The position numbers were made by a program, and so were the translations under genes. Below the pieces are notes generated by a model that did no database searches, was not told where the DNA came from, and worked only from the letters and a program-made list of their open reading frames with translations. Of a stretch of DNA of 64,000 nt, positions 1-10,658 are shown in pieces. This DNA is from an uncultured Bacteroidia bacterium (GTDB lineage Bacteria > Bacteroidota > Bacteroidia > Bacteroidales > ML635J-15), in assembly GCA_902791865.1 (NCBI GenBank), contig CADAXK010000004.1, positions 320,559-384,558 on the forward strand, read 5' to 3'. Each line of letters begins with the position of its first letter. Positions within the stretch are counted from its first letter, which is position 1.

Positions 1-1397
1 TGATATACGGAATAAATACAGGATTCGGTCCTATGGCTCAATGGCGCGTTGACGACAGATACCTTTCTGATTTACAATACAATATCATCCGCAGTCACGC
101 CACTGGAGCTGGAGATCCATTGGACGACATTTATGTAAAGTCGGCTATGATTGCCCGCCTCGGCACTGTATTACAGTGCCGTTCAGGTGTTCATCCCGAT
201 GTTGCAAAATTGCTCATTTCGTTCATAAACGAAGGCATATACCCATTCATTCCAATGCACGGTAGCGTTGGAGCAAGTGGCGACCTCGTACAATTGGCAC
301 ACATAGCTCTATGTCTCATCGGCGAAGGCGAAGTCCACTACAAAGGCGAATGGCGCAAATCTGCCGATGTGATGAAGCAACTCGGACTTACCCCTTTGAA
401 GATTCACATTCGCGAAGGTTTGTCAATCACTAATGGCACTTCTGTAATGACAGGAATTAGTGTCGTAAATCAGCTGTACGCCGAAAATCTTCTCGACTGG
501 GCTACTCTCGCCGCAGTATGGATGAACGAAATCGCATCATCATTCGACGACTACATGGCACTAGAGGAAAACGAATGCCGCCGCCACGAAGGACAACAAG
601 TAATTGCTCGCCGTATGCGCGAAATAGCCGAAGGTTCCCAATGCATGAAAAAACGCGCACACGAACTCTACGACTACGGTCACAAAGATGTAAAGGTGTT
701 CGAACACAAGGTACAAGCTTACTATTCGCTTCGTTGCACACCTCAGATTTTGGGACCAATATACGACACGCTGCAATATGCTCGCAATATAATCGAAGAC
801 GAACTCAACTCGGCATGCGACAATCCAATAGTTGACCCCGAATCACAATATGTTTATCACGGAGGCAACTTCCATGGCGATTATATTTCGCTTGAAGAAG
901 ACAAGGTAAAAATAGCACTTGTCCGCCTTGCCATGACATCCGAACGTCAGCTCAACTACCTGTTCCACGACAGAATAAACGGCATTTTGCCGCCATTCCT
1001 CAACCTTGGAACTCTCGGTCTGAACTACGGAATGCAGGCTTGCCAGTTCACAGCAACTTCAACGACTGCAGAATGCCAAACCCTTGCAATGCCTAACTAT
1101 GTACACAGCATCCCGAACAACAACGACAATCAGGACATCGTAAGCATGGGAACCAACACAGCTTTGATTTGCAAGCATGTAGTTGAAAACTGCTTCCAAG
1201 TTATGGCTATCCAATACATTGCATTGGCACAAGCTACCGATTGCCTAAAAATTGCAGACAAACTTTGTCCTACTTCGCGTAAAGTATATGAAGAAGTCCG
1301 TAAGATAGTACCTCTTTTCATCGAGGACACTCCATTTTACAAGGACATTGCAAACATAGAAAACTATTTGAAAACAAATAAATTGAATTTGAGATAA
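1..1397 (+). CDS. Aromatic amino-acid ammonia-lyase (HAL/TAL/PAL family, MIO cofactor), 5'-truncated by the window edge
   Basis: The frame of ORF 33..1397 stays open back to nt 3 (IYGINTGFGP precedes the listed Met). It carries the MIO-forming GSVGASGDL motif. It is the first gene of the polyene cluster, which fits a tyrosine ammonia-lyase role. Confidence 0.85.
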   Translation, partial: IYGINTGFGPMAQWRVDDRYLSDLQYNIIRSHATGAGDPLDDIYVKSAMIARLGTVLQCRSGVHPDVAKLLISFINEGIYPFIPMHGSVGASGDLVQLAHIALCLIGEGEVHYKGEWRKSADVMKQLGLTPLKIHIREGLSITNGTSVMTGISVVNQLYAENLLDWATLAAVWMNEIASSFDDYMALEENECRRHEGQQVIARRMREIAEGSQCMKKRAHELYDYGHKDVKVFEHKVQAYYSLRCTPQILGPIYDTLQYARNIIEDELNSACDNPIVDPESQYVYHGGNFHGDYISLEEDKVKIALVRLAMTSERQLNYLFHDRINGILPPFLNLGTLGLNYGMQACQFTATSTTAECQTLAMPNYVHSIPNNNDNQDIVSMGTNTALICKHVVENCFQVMAIQYIALAQATDCLKIADKLCPTSRKVYEEVRKIVPLFIEDTPFYKDIANIENYLKTNKLNLR

Positions 1398-2125
1398 TGA
1401 AATACGCTCTCATCACCGGTGCTTCTCGTGGTTTGGGCAGGGCTGTTGCCTTGCGCCTCGCCAAAGACGGATTTGCAGTTATTATCAACTACCAGTCGAA
1501 TAAGGAGGCTGCCGAAGAAACATTGAAACAAGTTCAGGAAGCTGGCGGAAACGGAGAACTTCTACCTTTCGACGTATCCGACTCCAAAGCAATTGAAACT
1601 GCTCTGGAATCATGGCAGACATCGCATCCCGATGAATATATCTCGGTACTGGTCAACAATGCCGGAATTAGAAAAGACAACCTGATGATATTCATGCAGG
1701 AAAACGAATGGAATAATGTTATCGACACGACTCTGAACGGATTCTTCTACATCACACGCCGACTATTGAAAGACATGATGACCCATAGGAATGGTCGCAT
1801 CATAAACATGTCTTCGCTTTCGGGTATGAAAGGACTTCCAGGACAAACAAACTATTCGGCAGCAAAAGCCGCTCTCATTGGAGCCACAAAGGCATTGGCA
1901 CAAGAAGTAGCAGTCAGAAAAGTAACTGTCAACGCTATTGCTCCAGGGTTCATCTCTACTGACATGACAAAGGAACTCAACGAGGCTGAACTAAAAAAAC
2001 TCATCCCGATGGGACGCTTCGGAAAACCGGAGGAAGTTGCCAGTCTGACATCGTTCCTTGCTTCTGATGAGGCAGCATATATCACAGGACAGGTAATATC
2101 AATAAACGGAGGCTTATACACATAA
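1397..2125 (+). CDS. fabG: 3-oxoacyl-ACP reductase (SDR family)
   Basis: TGASRGLG cofactor motif and the YSAAKAA catalytic Y-x3-K motif. 242 aa. Its start overlaps the upstream stop (TAATG). Confidence 0.85.
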   Translation: MKYALITGASRGLGRAVALRLAKDGFAVIINYQSNKEAAEETLKQVQEAGGNGELLPFDVSDSKAIETALESWQTSHPDEYISVLVNNAGIRKDNLMIFMQENEWNNVIDTTLNGFFYITRRLLKDMMTHRNGRIINMSSLSGMKGLPGQTNYSAAKAALIGATKALAQEVAVRKVTVNAIAPGFISTDMTKELNEAELKKLIPMGRFGKPEEVASLTSFLASDEAAYITGQVISINGGLYT

Positions 2126-2143
2126 AAACAGGAAATTAGTATT

Positions 2144-3370
2144 ATGACAAGAAGAGTAGTCATCACAGGCATAGGCATCTGGTCATGCATAGGAAAAAAT
2201 AAGGAAGAAGTAACCGCATCTCTACACGAAGGTCGCTCTGGAATAGGCATCGACCCACAACGAATAGAATACGGATACCGCTCACCACTGACAGGAATCG
2301 TTGAAAAGCCACAACTTAAAGGTAAACTCGACCGTAAACTCAGAATGTATCTTGCCGAAGAAGGCGAATACGCATACGTAGCCACTCTAGAAGCTTTCCA
2401 ACAGGCAGGTATTGACGATGAATACTTAAAGAACAACGAAGTAGGTGTAATTTTCGGCAACGACTCTTCGGCCAAGGCAGTCATCGAATCACACGAGATT
2501 GCAATGGAGAAAAAAGATACTACTCTGATTGGATCGTCAGCAATATTCCAGTCGATGAACTCAACCGTGACAATGAACCTATCCACAATTTTCCATCTAA
2601 AAGGAATCAACATGACTGTCAGTGCTGCATGCGCAAGTGGTTCCCACTCTATTGGACTAGGTGCATTACTGATTCGCAACGGTCTTCAGGATATGGTGCT
2701 TTGCGGAGGCGCTCAGGAAACCAACTACCTCTCAATGGGTAGTTTCGATGGCATAAGCGCATTCTCAACACGCATAGATGAACCGACAAAAGCATCAAGA
2801 CCATTCGACCGCAATCGCGACGGACTTGTACCAAGCGGAGGTGCAGCAGCATTGGTTCTCGAAGAATACGAACATGCAGTAGCTCGCGGAGCAACAATAC
2901 TAGCCGAAGTTTGTGGATACGGATTCTCGTCAAATGGCGAAAGCCACATATCACAGCCTAGCGAAGAAGGTTGCATGCGTGCAATGATGCGTGCAATAAA
3001 TGAAGCAAGTGTAAAAATAGAAGACATCGACTATGTAAACGCTCACGCAACTTCTACCCCACAAGGCGACATGTTTGAGGCTTTGGCATTGAAACAACTG
3101 TTCGGAAAAACACAAACGCCAATATCATCGACAAAATCGATGACAGGTCATGAATGCTGGATGGCTGGCGCAAGCGAAATAGTTTACTGCATACTAATGA
3201 TGCAGAACGGCTTTATCGCTCCGAATATAAACTTTGAAAATCCAGACGAATATTCAGACGGACTAAACATCGTTACAAAAGCTACAGACAAGCAACTTAA
3301 CACCATACTATCCAATTCGTTCGGCTTTGGTGGAACAAATAGCGCATTGATAATAAAGAAGGTACAATAA
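2144..3370 (+). CDS. Beta-ketoacyl-ACP synthase (FabB/FabF-like KS)
   Basis: Cys-His-His triad motifs: AACASGSH, NAHATSTP, TGHECWMAG. 408 aa. Confidence 0.85.
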   Translation: MTRRVVITGIGIWSCIGKNKEEVTASLHEGRSGIGIDPQRIEYGYRSPLTGIVEKPQLKGKLDRKLRMYLAEEGEYAYVATLEAFQQAGIDDEYLKNNEVGVIFGNDSSAKAVIESHEIAMEKKDTTLIGSSAIFQSMNSTVTMNLSTIFHLKGINMTVSAACASGSHSIGLGALLIRNGLQDMVLCGGAQETNYLSMGSFDGISAFSTRIDEPTKASRPFDRNRDGLVPSGGAAALVLEEYEHAVARGATILAEVCGYGFSSNGESHISQPSEEGCMRAMMRAINEASVKIEDIDYVNAHATSTPQGDMFEALALKQLFGKTQTPISSTKSMTGHECWMAGASEIVYCILMMQNGFIAPNINFENPDEYSDGLNIVTKATDKQLNTILSNSFGFGGTNSALIIKKVQ

Positions 3371-3371
3371 T

Positions 3372-4472
3372 ATGAAACTATTTCCAGCACTCGAAAAGGC
3401 ATATACCAAAGAGCACAAAAGGGCTGGCGAAGCTCAAGAAATGGCATATTTCATAGCTTTCGGTCCTATTGTCTTCCAAGTTGGTCGCCTAATGATAAAA
3501 TTTGGAATACTCGATATGCTTCGCGACAGCGAAAAAGGCATGACACAAGAGGAAATTTGTCAAAAGACAGGTCTGTCTCAATATGCAGTAAAGGTTCTGC
3601 TCGAAGGCTCTCTTTGCATCGGCTTGGTTATTAACGACAAAGATTCGGACCGTTTCAGCCTATCAAAGACAGGATTTTTCCTTCTCACCGACCCCGCAAT
3701 CCGTGCAAACATCGACTTCAACCACGATGTAAACTACGAAGGTTGGTTCCGACTTGAAGAAGCTCTGAAAGAAGGTCGTCCTGCAGGACTTGAACACTTT
3801 GGCAACTGGCCAACAATATATGAAGGGCTTTCGCAACTGCCAGAACAAGTGCAAAAAAGTTGGTTTGGATTCGACCATTTCTACTCAGACCATTCATTCG
3901 ACCAAGCCTTGAAGATTGTATTCGACGGAAAACCGAAAACCTTGCTTGATGTTGGAGGCAATACAGGACGCTGGGCTTTGCGTTGCGTAGACTACAACGA
4001 CGATGTAAAAGTAACAATAATGGACTTGCCGCAACAACTTGAGATGATGCGCAAATTCACAAATGGCAAAAAAGGATACGAACGCATCAATGGTTATGGA
4101 ATAAACCTATTGGACATTAGTCAGCAGTTTCCCACCGACAAGCACTACGATATCATCTGGATGAGCCAGTTCCTTGATTGTTTCGGCGAAGACGAAATTC
4201 TCAGCATTGTATCAAGAGCCGCCAAAATAATGGATAACAATAGCCGCCTATGCATAATGGAAACTTTCTGGGACAGGCAGAATTATCCAGCAGCAGCATT
4301 TGCATTAACAATGACAAGCCTATATTTCACAGCATTAGCCAACGGAAATAGCAAAATGTACCATTCTGATGATATGGAACGTATAGTAAAAAAAGCGGGT
4401 CTGGAAGTTGAACATATACACGACGGACTCGGACATGGACATAGCATAATGATTTGTAAACGTAATAAATAA
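3372..4472 (+). CDS. SAM-dependent O-methyltransferase (class I)
   Basis: Motif I LLDVGGNTGRWA with an N-terminal dimerisation-like domain. 366 aa. Tightly packed after the KS gene. Confidence 0.75.
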   Translation: MKLFPALEKAYTKEHKRAGEAQEMAYFIAFGPIVFQVGRLMIKFGILDMLRDSEKGMTQEEICQKTGLSQYAVKVLLEGSLCIGLVINDKDSDRFSLSKTGFFLLTDPAIRANIDFNHDVNYEGWFRLEEALKEGRPAGLEHFGNWPTIYEGLSQLPEQVQKSWFGFDHFYSDHSFDQALKIVFDGKPKTLLDVGGNTGRWALRCVDYNDDVKVTIMDLPQQLEMMRKFTNGKKGYERINGYGINLLDISQQFPTDKHYDIIWMSQFLDCFGEDEILSIVSRAAKIMDNNSRLCIMETFWDRQNYPAAAFALTMTSLYFTALANGNSKMYHSDDMERIVKKAGLEVEHIHDGLGHGHSIMICKRNK

Positions 4473-4476
4473 TTAT

Positions 4477-4719
4477 ATGGATAGAAAAGAGATAGAAGCA
4501 AAAGTAAAAGAATTTTTGATTGAAGACCTTGAACTTGAAGAAGATAAGATAAAACCAGAAGCAAGGCTCAAAGAAGATATAGGAATTGACAGCCTCGATT
4601 TCGTTGACATCGTAGTTATAGTCGAAAAAAAATTCGGCTTCAAGATCAAGACGGAAGAAATGGCAAACATAAAGACATTCAGCCAATTCTGCGACTACAT
4701 AGAGCAAAAGACGGCCTAA
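4477..4719 (+). CDS. Acyl carrier protein
   Basis: 80 aa and acidic, with the GIDSLDFVDIV phosphopantetheine-serine motif. Confidence 0.85.
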   Translation: MDRKEIEAKVKEFLIEDLELEEDKIKPEARLKEDIGIDSLDFVDIVVIVEKKFGFKIKTEEMANIKTFSQFCDYIEQKTA

Positions 4720-4722
4720 ATA

Positions 4723-5619
4723 ATGGCTGAAGAGTTGCAACATAACGAATGGTCAGGAAAAACCGATGGACAACCTTGGATGCAACGTTCTCTCATCGGT
4801 ATGTTCCGTGTGTTGCCAATATGGGTAATGTACGGATTTATGGCAATTTTTATTGTTCCGTTCTACATGATATTCAGCAGAAAAGGTTATAAGGCCACAT
4901 ACTCGTTCTTCCGCAAACGTTTCCAATACGGACGATGGAAATCATTTTGCAAAGTATACGCTAACCATTTCCGTTTCGGTCAAGTAATATTGGACCGCTT
5001 TGGCGTATATGCAGGCAAGAAATACAATTTTTCTGTCGAAGGACAGGAATATTTGGATGAACTTGAGACTCATCCCGAAGGTTTTGTCCTGCTAAGCAGT
5101 CATGTTGGAAATTATGAGATTGCTGGTTATTCTCTAAAGCCTAAAACGAAGAGATTCAATGCATTGGTATTTGGAGGAGAAACAGCAACCGTCATGGAAA
5201 ACAGACGGAGAATATTATCACAAAACAACATGAACATGATTCCGGTGATGGCCGATATGTCGCATCTGTTTGCACTAAACACTGCAATCGACAACGGAGA
5301 AATAATAAGTATGCCTGCCGACCGCATTTTCGGTTCTCAAAAAGCTTCTGAATGTACTTTTTTCGGAGAAACAGCTCGTTTTCCATTAGGTGCATTTGCA
5401 TTGGCGACACAAAAAAACGTATCCGTTCTTGCTATTTTCGTAATGAAAGAAACGGCAAAGAAATATCATGCATACGTCCGTAAAATCCAATGCGACAGAA
5501 CTGCAAAAATTCGCGAACAAATGAGCCAAATGGCACAGAATTTTGCAGAAAACCTAGAGGAAATCGTCAGGAAATACCCGACGCAATGGTTCAACTATTT
5601 TGATTTTTGGAAACAATGA
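4723..5619 (+). CDS. LpxL/HtrB-type lysophospholipid/lipid A acyltransferase family protein
   Basis: N-terminal TM segment and an SSHVGNYE (H-x4-E) acyltransferase-like motif. Its position matches the acyltransferase of aryl-polyene clusters. Confidence 0.6.
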   Translation: MAEELQHNEWSGKTDGQPWMQRSLIGMFRVLPIWVMYGFMAIFIVPFYMIFSRKGYKATYSFFRKRFQYGRWKSFCKVYANHFRFGQVILDRFGVYAGKKYNFSVEGQEYLDELETHPEGFVLLSSHVGNYEIAGYSLKPKTKRFNALVFGGETATVMENRRRILSQNNMNMIPVMADMSHLFALNTAIDNGEIISMPADRIFGSQKASECTFFGETARFPLGAFALATQKNVSVLAIFVMKETAKKYHAYVRKIQCDRTAKIREQMSQMAQNFAENLEEIVRKYPTQWFNYFDFWKQ

Positions 5620-6053
5620 AAGCAATAGACAAATTGACAATAGAAGAACTTATCCCGCAAAGACCGCCATTCGTAATGATTGACAGGCTGGTGTCGAGCG
5701 ACGAGGTATATTCTGTAACGGAACTCTCTATCCGCGAAGACAATCTGTTCGTCGAAGAAGGACGGCTTTCTGCATCGGGACTAATTGAAAACATTGCGCA
5801 AACATGCGCAGCAAGAATCGGATACATAAACCTAAACCACGGCCAAACTGTCAAAATAGGCGTTATCGGTTCGATAAGCAACCTGAACATTGAGCGTACG
5901 CCAAAAGTCGGGGAAAAACTCACCACCACCATCAAGTTGCTGGAAGAAGTTTTCCAGATGACATTAGTCGAAGCCGTAATTGCCAGCGACAACGAAGAAA
6001 TAGTTCATGCCAACATGAAAATAGCCTTGACTGACATTGACTCAAAAAATTGA
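5607..6053 (+). CDS. Hotdog-fold dehydratase-like protein (aryl-polyene cluster type)
   Basis: 148 aa with a size and context typical of APE-cluster hotdog proteins. It overlaps the upstream gene by 13 nt. No strong motif was recognised. Confidence 0.5.
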   Translation: METMKAIDKLTIEELIPQRPPFVMIDRLVSSDEVYSVTELSIREDNLFVEEGRLSASGLIENIAQTCAARIGYINLNHGQTVKIGVIGSISNLNIERTPKVGEKLTTTIKLLEEVFQMTLVEAVIASDNEEIVHANMKIALTDIDSKN

Positions 6054-6493
6054 TGACTATGGGAAATGAAAAGATATTATCGGTAACCAAACCTTTTGAA
6101 ATCCGCTTCAGCGAAGTAGATTCGATGGGTGTCGTATGGCACGGACACTACTCGGTTTACTTCGAGGATGCAAGAGAGGAATTTGGCAAAAAATACGATT
6201 TGGGCTACCTTATGATGTACGGCAAAGGTTTCTTTGAACCCATAGTTGACCTTTCAATAAAATACAAGAAACCTTTGATTTACGGCATGAAACCTGAAAT
6301 TACAATCACCTATCGTCCGACCGAATCTGCAAAAATCATATTCGACTACGAAATACGCAATTCGGAAACTGGTGAAATACATGTAACTGGCCGTACTATT
6401 CAAGTATTTATGAACAAAGACAACTACCAGCTCGTACTTACGAATCCGAATTTCTACGAGGAATGGAAAAAAAGATGGGAGGTCGCAATATGA
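6050..6493 (+). CDS. Acyl-CoA/acyl-ACP thioesterase (4HBT/YbgC-like hotdog)
   Basis: FEIRFSEVDSMGVVWHGHYSVYFEDAREEF matches the 4HBT signature (D..G.V.H..Y..YFE.AR). ATGA overlap with the upstream gene. Confidence 0.7.
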   Translation: MMTMGNEKILSVTKPFEIRFSEVDSMGVVWHGHYSVYFEDAREEFGKKYDLGYLMMYGKGFFEPIVDLSIKYKKPLIYGMKPEITITYRPTESAKIIFDYEIRNSETGEIHVTGRTIQVFMNKDNYQLVLTNPNFYEEWKKRWEVAI

Positions 6494-7608
6494 TTGTTAG
6501 CATTGCAAATAACATAACCTCACCATTGGGCATGACCACAGCAGAAAACTACGCTGCTGTTAAAGCTGGAAAATCGGCGCTGAAGCGTTACGAAGGTCAT
6601 TGGGGATTGCCGGAAGCATTCGTAGCCTCGCTAATTGATAGGAGCAATTTTACAGACAACAGATATACTATAGTCGAACAAACTGTAATACACTCTGTTG
6701 CAAAAGCATTGGAAAGTGCAAATATAGATACAGCATCACCAAAAGTATTGTTTACACTTTCCACCACCAAAGGCAATGTATTTTTGCTCGACAAGCGCGA
6801 AAAAGTATTTCCGCAAGAGCGCGTGAGACTTGGCATGATGGCTCGACAAATTGCCTCGTATTTTCACAATCCGAACGAACCCATTGTGGTTTCAAACGCT
6901 TGTATATCGGGAGTTTGCGCACAAATAGAAGCAATGAGGCATCTCGAAAGGGGAAATTACGACTATGTAATAGTTTCCGGAGTTGACATACAGTCAGCAT
7001 TCATAGTATCGGGCTTCCAGTCGTTCAAGGCACTCTCGCCAGAAGAATGCAAGCCATTCGATGCAAACCGTCACGGCTTAAATCTTGGTGATGCCGCAGC
7101 AACAATAATATACACAAGAAAAGACTCTGTTTCCGAAAACAATTGGTGCGCTTATCGTGGAGCAATCCGCAACGATGCAAACCACATATCTGGTCCATCG
7201 CGTACAGGCGAAGGCAGTTACAGAGCTCTTAAATATGTCCTCGGTGACATCGACCTGCAAAAAATAGCATTCGTAAACGCTCACGGAACCGCTACACCAT
7301 ACAACGATGAAATGGAGTCGATTGCCATCGACAGAGCCGGACTATCAAATGTTCCTGTCAACTCACTCAAAGGATACTACGGACACACAATGGGTGCAGC
7401 CGGCGTACTCGAAACCATAATGTCGATGCAAGCAATAGACGACAACAACATTTTGGCGACCAGAGGCTTTGAGACTTTGGGAGTAAGCCGCAATATAAAT
7501 GTTACAAACCAAAATCAACCGACAGAAAAAAAGGCTTTCATAAAGCTGTTGTCGGGATTCGGCGGTTGTAACGCTGCACTACTTATGACGAAAGGAGGCT
7601 TGCTATGA
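6490..7608 (+). CDS. Beta-ketoacyl synthase
   Basis: NACISGVCA (Cys), NAHGTATPYND and GHTMGAAG (His) motifs. The start at 6490 is preferred over the listed 6463 because it gives an ATGA overlap with the thioesterase stop. Confidence 0.8.
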   Translation: MIVSIANNITSPLGMTTAENYAAVKAGKSALKRYEGHWGLPEAFVASLIDRSNFTDNRYTIVEQTVIHSVAKALESANIDTASPKVLFTLSTTKGNVFLLDKREKVFPQERVRLGMMARQIASYFHNPNEPIVVSNACISGVCAQIEAMRHLERGNYDYVIVSGVDIQSAFIVSGFQSFKALSPEECKPFDANRHGLNLGDAAATIIYTRKDSVSENNWCAYRGAIRNDANHISGPSRTGEGSYRALKYVLGDIDLQKIAFVNAHGTATPYNDEMESIAIDRAGLSNVPVNSLKGYYGHTMGAAGVLETIMSMQAIDDNNILATRGFETLGVSRNINVTNQNQPTEKKAFIKLLSGFGGCNAALLMTKGGLL

Positions 7609-8159
7609 CGATACAACACAGTGTTTACATATCAACAGACAAGGTCATAGTCGATGGTAAAGCATTGGAACTTACCGAAAAAGGCTCTGCCCTACTGACT
7701 CAGATTTATCGTAGCCACATTGGCGACTATCCTAAGTTTTTCAAAATGGACACCTTGTGCAAATTGGGCTTTGTCGCATCAGAATTGCTGCTCAATTCCG
7801 AAGGAAACAGAAATTTTGAGCCAAGAGAAGACCGCGCAGTAATCCTTTTCAACAGAAACGCATCGCTACAGGCCGACACTAACTACCAATCTACAATACA
7901 GGATTCCGAAAATTTCTTCCCAAGTCCAGCGGCATTCGTTTACACACTGCCCAACATTGTAACTGGAGAAATAGCTATCCGAAACAAGTATTACGGAGAA
8001 ACATCGTTTATTGTAATTGAAGAAAACGATGAAAAACTCATGGAACAAAACCTGTCGGTTGCATTCCAAGACACCGATACAAAAAGCATAATCGGTGGTT
8101 GGCTCGACTGTACCGATGAAGAACATTTTGAAGCGAATATATTTATAATGGAAAAATAA
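7605..8159 (+). CDS. Small KS-associated protein (KS N-terminal-like, no catalytic Cys seen)
   Basis: 184 aa with an ATGA overlap to the preceding KS. The position matches the small partner protein found after a KS in APE clusters. Confidence 0.45.
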   Translation: MTIQHSVYISTDKVIVDGKALELTEKGSALLTQIYRSHIGDYPKFFKMDTLCKLGFVASELLLNSEGNRNFEPREDRAVILFNRNASLQADTNYQSTIQDSENFFPSPAAFVYTLPNIVTGEIAIRNKYYGETSFIVIEENDEKLMEQNLSVAFQDTDTKSIIGGWLDCTDEEHFEANIFIMEK

Positions 8160-8173
8160 ATTTAATAAAAGTT

Positions 8174-8431
8174 ATGGACGAATTGATTTACAAACTGAAA
8201 CAGGAAATTATCGAAGCATTGAACCTCGAAGACATGACACCAGAAGACATTGATGAAAACGCATCACTATTTGGCGAAGGTCTTGGACTTGACTCAATTG
8301 ATGCACTCGAACTCATAGTGCTGATGGAAAAGAACTACGGAATAAAACTTCAAGATCCTACTCAGGGCAAGGAAATTTTCAAGTCTGTAAAGGTAATGGC
8401 TGAGTTCATCCAAAAGAACAGAACAAAATAA
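8174..8431 (+). CDS. Acyl carrier protein (second copy)
   Basis: 85 aa with the GLDSIDALELI serine motif. Confidence 0.85.
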   Translation: MDELIYKLKQEIIEALNLEDMTPEDIDENASLFGEGLGLDSIDALELIVLMEKNYGIKLQDPTQGKEIFKSVKVMAEFIQKNRTK

Positions 8432-9631
8432 ATGACAGATCCGATTTACATAACAGGTTGTGGTGTAGTTTCGGCTATCGGACTTAACAAGGACGAATCA
8501 TTGAATGCCTTGCTAAACAACAAGTCTGGTGTCGGTCCGCTTGCATACCTAAAAACCGAGCACAAGGAATTTCCTGTCGGAGAGGTAAAACTATCGGATG
8601 CCGAAATGCGCAAACTTTTGGGAATTAGCGAAAACGCCATAACCACGCGCACAGCGCTAATGGGAATGCTTGCTCTTGACGAGGCTATGAAACAAGCTGA
8701 GATTACCACCGAAATGCTCCCAGAAATCGGTTTCGTTTCGGGCACGACAGTAGGTGGAATGGACATGAGCGAGCAATTCTACCTCGACTACATAAGCAAT
8801 GATGCCCACAAGGAATACATTTCTGTTCACGATTGTGGGAACTGTTCGGAAATGACGGCCAAGCACTTCGGCAACTTTGCATTTGTTACAACGCTTTCCA
8901 CGGCTTGTTCCTCCGCAGCAAACGCAATCATACTGGGAGCCAACATGATACGCTGTGGCGAGGCGGAAATTGTAATCGTTGGAGGTAGCGAATGCATAAC
9001 TAAGTTCCACCTTAACGGCTTCAACTCGCTTATGATTCTCGACACAAAGCCATGCCGCCCATTCGATGCAACAAGAAACGGACTGAACCTTGGAGAAGGT
9101 GCCGCCTACTTGGTTTTGGAATCGGAAAAAAGCGTCAAAAAACGCAATGCTAAAATCCAGGCTGTACTTTCGGGTTACGGCAATGCCTGCGATGCTTTCC
9201 ATCAGACAGCATCATCGCCCGACGGCGAAGGCGCATACAGAGCAATGAAAGAAGCCTTGGAAATGGCAGGCATAAATACAACCGAAGTTGACTACATCAA
9301 TGCTCACGGCACAGGAACGCCAAACAATGATGTCAGCGAAAGCCAAGCAATGAAACGTCTGTTCGGAGACAACGTTCCCCCTGCCTCATCGACAAAACCG
9401 TTTACTGGACATACCACAAGCGCATCGGGTTCAATAGAAGCGGTTTTCTGCATTCTTGCACTGCAAAACGGATTCCTGCCAGTCAACCTAAACTACTCAC
9501 AGGCAATGGACGATGGAATAATACCAGTTCACCAGTCGACAAAAAAAGACTTAAAGCATATCCTATGCAATGCATTCGGCTTTGGTGGTAACGATTCTTC
9601 ATTATTACTTTCAAAATTTGAGCAGAAATGA
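8432..9631 (+). CDS. Beta-ketoacyl-ACP synthase (FabF-like)
   Basis: LSTACSSAANA (Cys), NAHGTGTPNND and TGHTTSASG (His) motifs. 399 aa. Confidence 0.85.
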   Translation: MTDPIYITGCGVVSAIGLNKDESLNALLNNKSGVGPLAYLKTEHKEFPVGEVKLSDAEMRKLLGISENAITTRTALMGMLALDEAMKQAEITTEMLPEIGFVSGTTVGGMDMSEQFYLDYISNDAHKEYISVHDCGNCSEMTAKHFGNFAFVTTLSTACSSAANAIILGANMIRCGEAEIVIVGGSECITKFHLNGFNSLMILDTKPCRPFDATRNGLNLGEGAAYLVLESEKSVKKRNAKIQAVLSGYGNACDAFHQTASSPDGEGAYRAMKEALEMAGINTTEVDYINAHGTGTPNNDVSESQAMKRLFGDNVPPASSTKPFTGHTTSASGSIEAVFCILALQNGFLPVNLNYSQAMDDGIIPVHQSTKKDLKHILCNAFGFGGNDSSLLLSKFEQK

Positions 9632-10656
9632 CGAACAAAGAGATATATGTACTTTCTGCAAAGCAGATTTCGATACAGCAACCACTAAGCGAGGAGTGGA
9701 TGACTAATCCAACCTTGTACGATGTGCCGTTTAGCCGTTCCATTGACCCAAGTTTCAAGGAATATGTATCCCCTATTGAAGCACGGCGCATGGGAAAAAT
9801 CCTAAAACGCGCACTTGCAACGTCAAAGGAAGCTCTGAAAGAATCGGGACTTGAAACGGTTGATGCTATTGTCACTGGAACCGGTTATGGATGCATCGAA
9901 AACACCGAATTTTTCCTTGATGCCCTTTCAAAAGAAGGTGAACAACTGCTGAAACCGACATATTTCATGCAATCAACGCATAATACAATAAGTTCGCTGA
10001 TTGCAATCCAGACCAAAAACCACGGATACAACGCAACCTATGCCCACAAGGGAATCTCGTTCGACAGCGCACTATACGACGCTTACCTGCAATTCAAACT
10101 AAATAAGATTAACTCGGCTTTAGTCGGTGGACACGACGAGATGACCGAGACCTTCTATCACATTCTGAGAAAAGGCGGAGTAATGGGTTTCGACAACGAA
10201 ATTTGCGGAGAAGCAGCAATATCGGTGGTATTGTCCGACAAGCAGGAAAATGCACTATGTAAACTGGCAGGACACAAAATAATACATCAGCAAGGAATTG
10301 ATTCGTTGAAGGAAAAAGTCGCAAATTTCCTACAGGAAAATGGAAAAACTTGTTCCGACATCGATCTCATACTCACTGGAATAAGTGGCTATAAAGAAAA
10401 CGATGAAGCATACTTGTCCGAAACAAAAACACTCTTTGGCGACAGACCTTTGCTGAAATACAAAAATCTGTTCGGTGAAAGCTTCACAGCATCGGGAATC
10501 GGCTTTTATGTCGCTGCACAATGCCTGAAATCTGGTTTCGTTCCTAAGCACCTGTTCGTAAACGAAAAGGACATCACCGACAAGAAACCAAATAACATTT
10601 TAATTTTCAACCGTTCCGACGGAACGAACTATTCATTAACGCTATTGGAGAAATAA
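9628..10656 (+). CDS. KS-like protein lacking an obvious Cys-His-His triad (chain-length-factor-like partner)
   Basis: 342 aa with an ATGA overlap to the preceding KS. It has a thiolase-like length and glycine-rich C-terminus, but I could not find the catalytic motifs. Confidence 0.55.
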   Translation: MTNKEIYVLSAKQISIQQPLSEEWMTNPTLYDVPFSRSIDPSFKEYVSPIEARRMGKILKRALATSKEALKESGLETVDAIVTGTGYGCIENTEFFLDALSKEGEQLLKPTYFMQSTHNTISSLIAIQTKNHGYNATYAHKGISFDSALYDAYLQFKLNKINSALVGGHDEMTETFYHILRKGGVMGFDNEICGEAAISVVLSDKQENALCKLAGHKIIHQQGIDSLKEKVANFLQENGKTCSDIDLILTGISGYKENDEAYLSETKTLFGDRPLLKYKNLFGESFTASGIGFYVAAQCLKSGFVPKHLFVNEKDITDKKPNNILIFNRSDGTNYSLTLLEK

Positions 10657-10658
10657 CC

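Noticed and set aside
1852-2679. 275-aa minus-strand ORF. Other long antisense ORFs include 12904..13701, 14179..14655, 40791..41309, 45301..45870, 60697..61254 and 62278..62838.
   Set aside because: Each is fully embedded antisense in a gene with clear catalytic motifs. They have biased, Ser/Arg/Leu-rich compositions typical of shadow ORFs.
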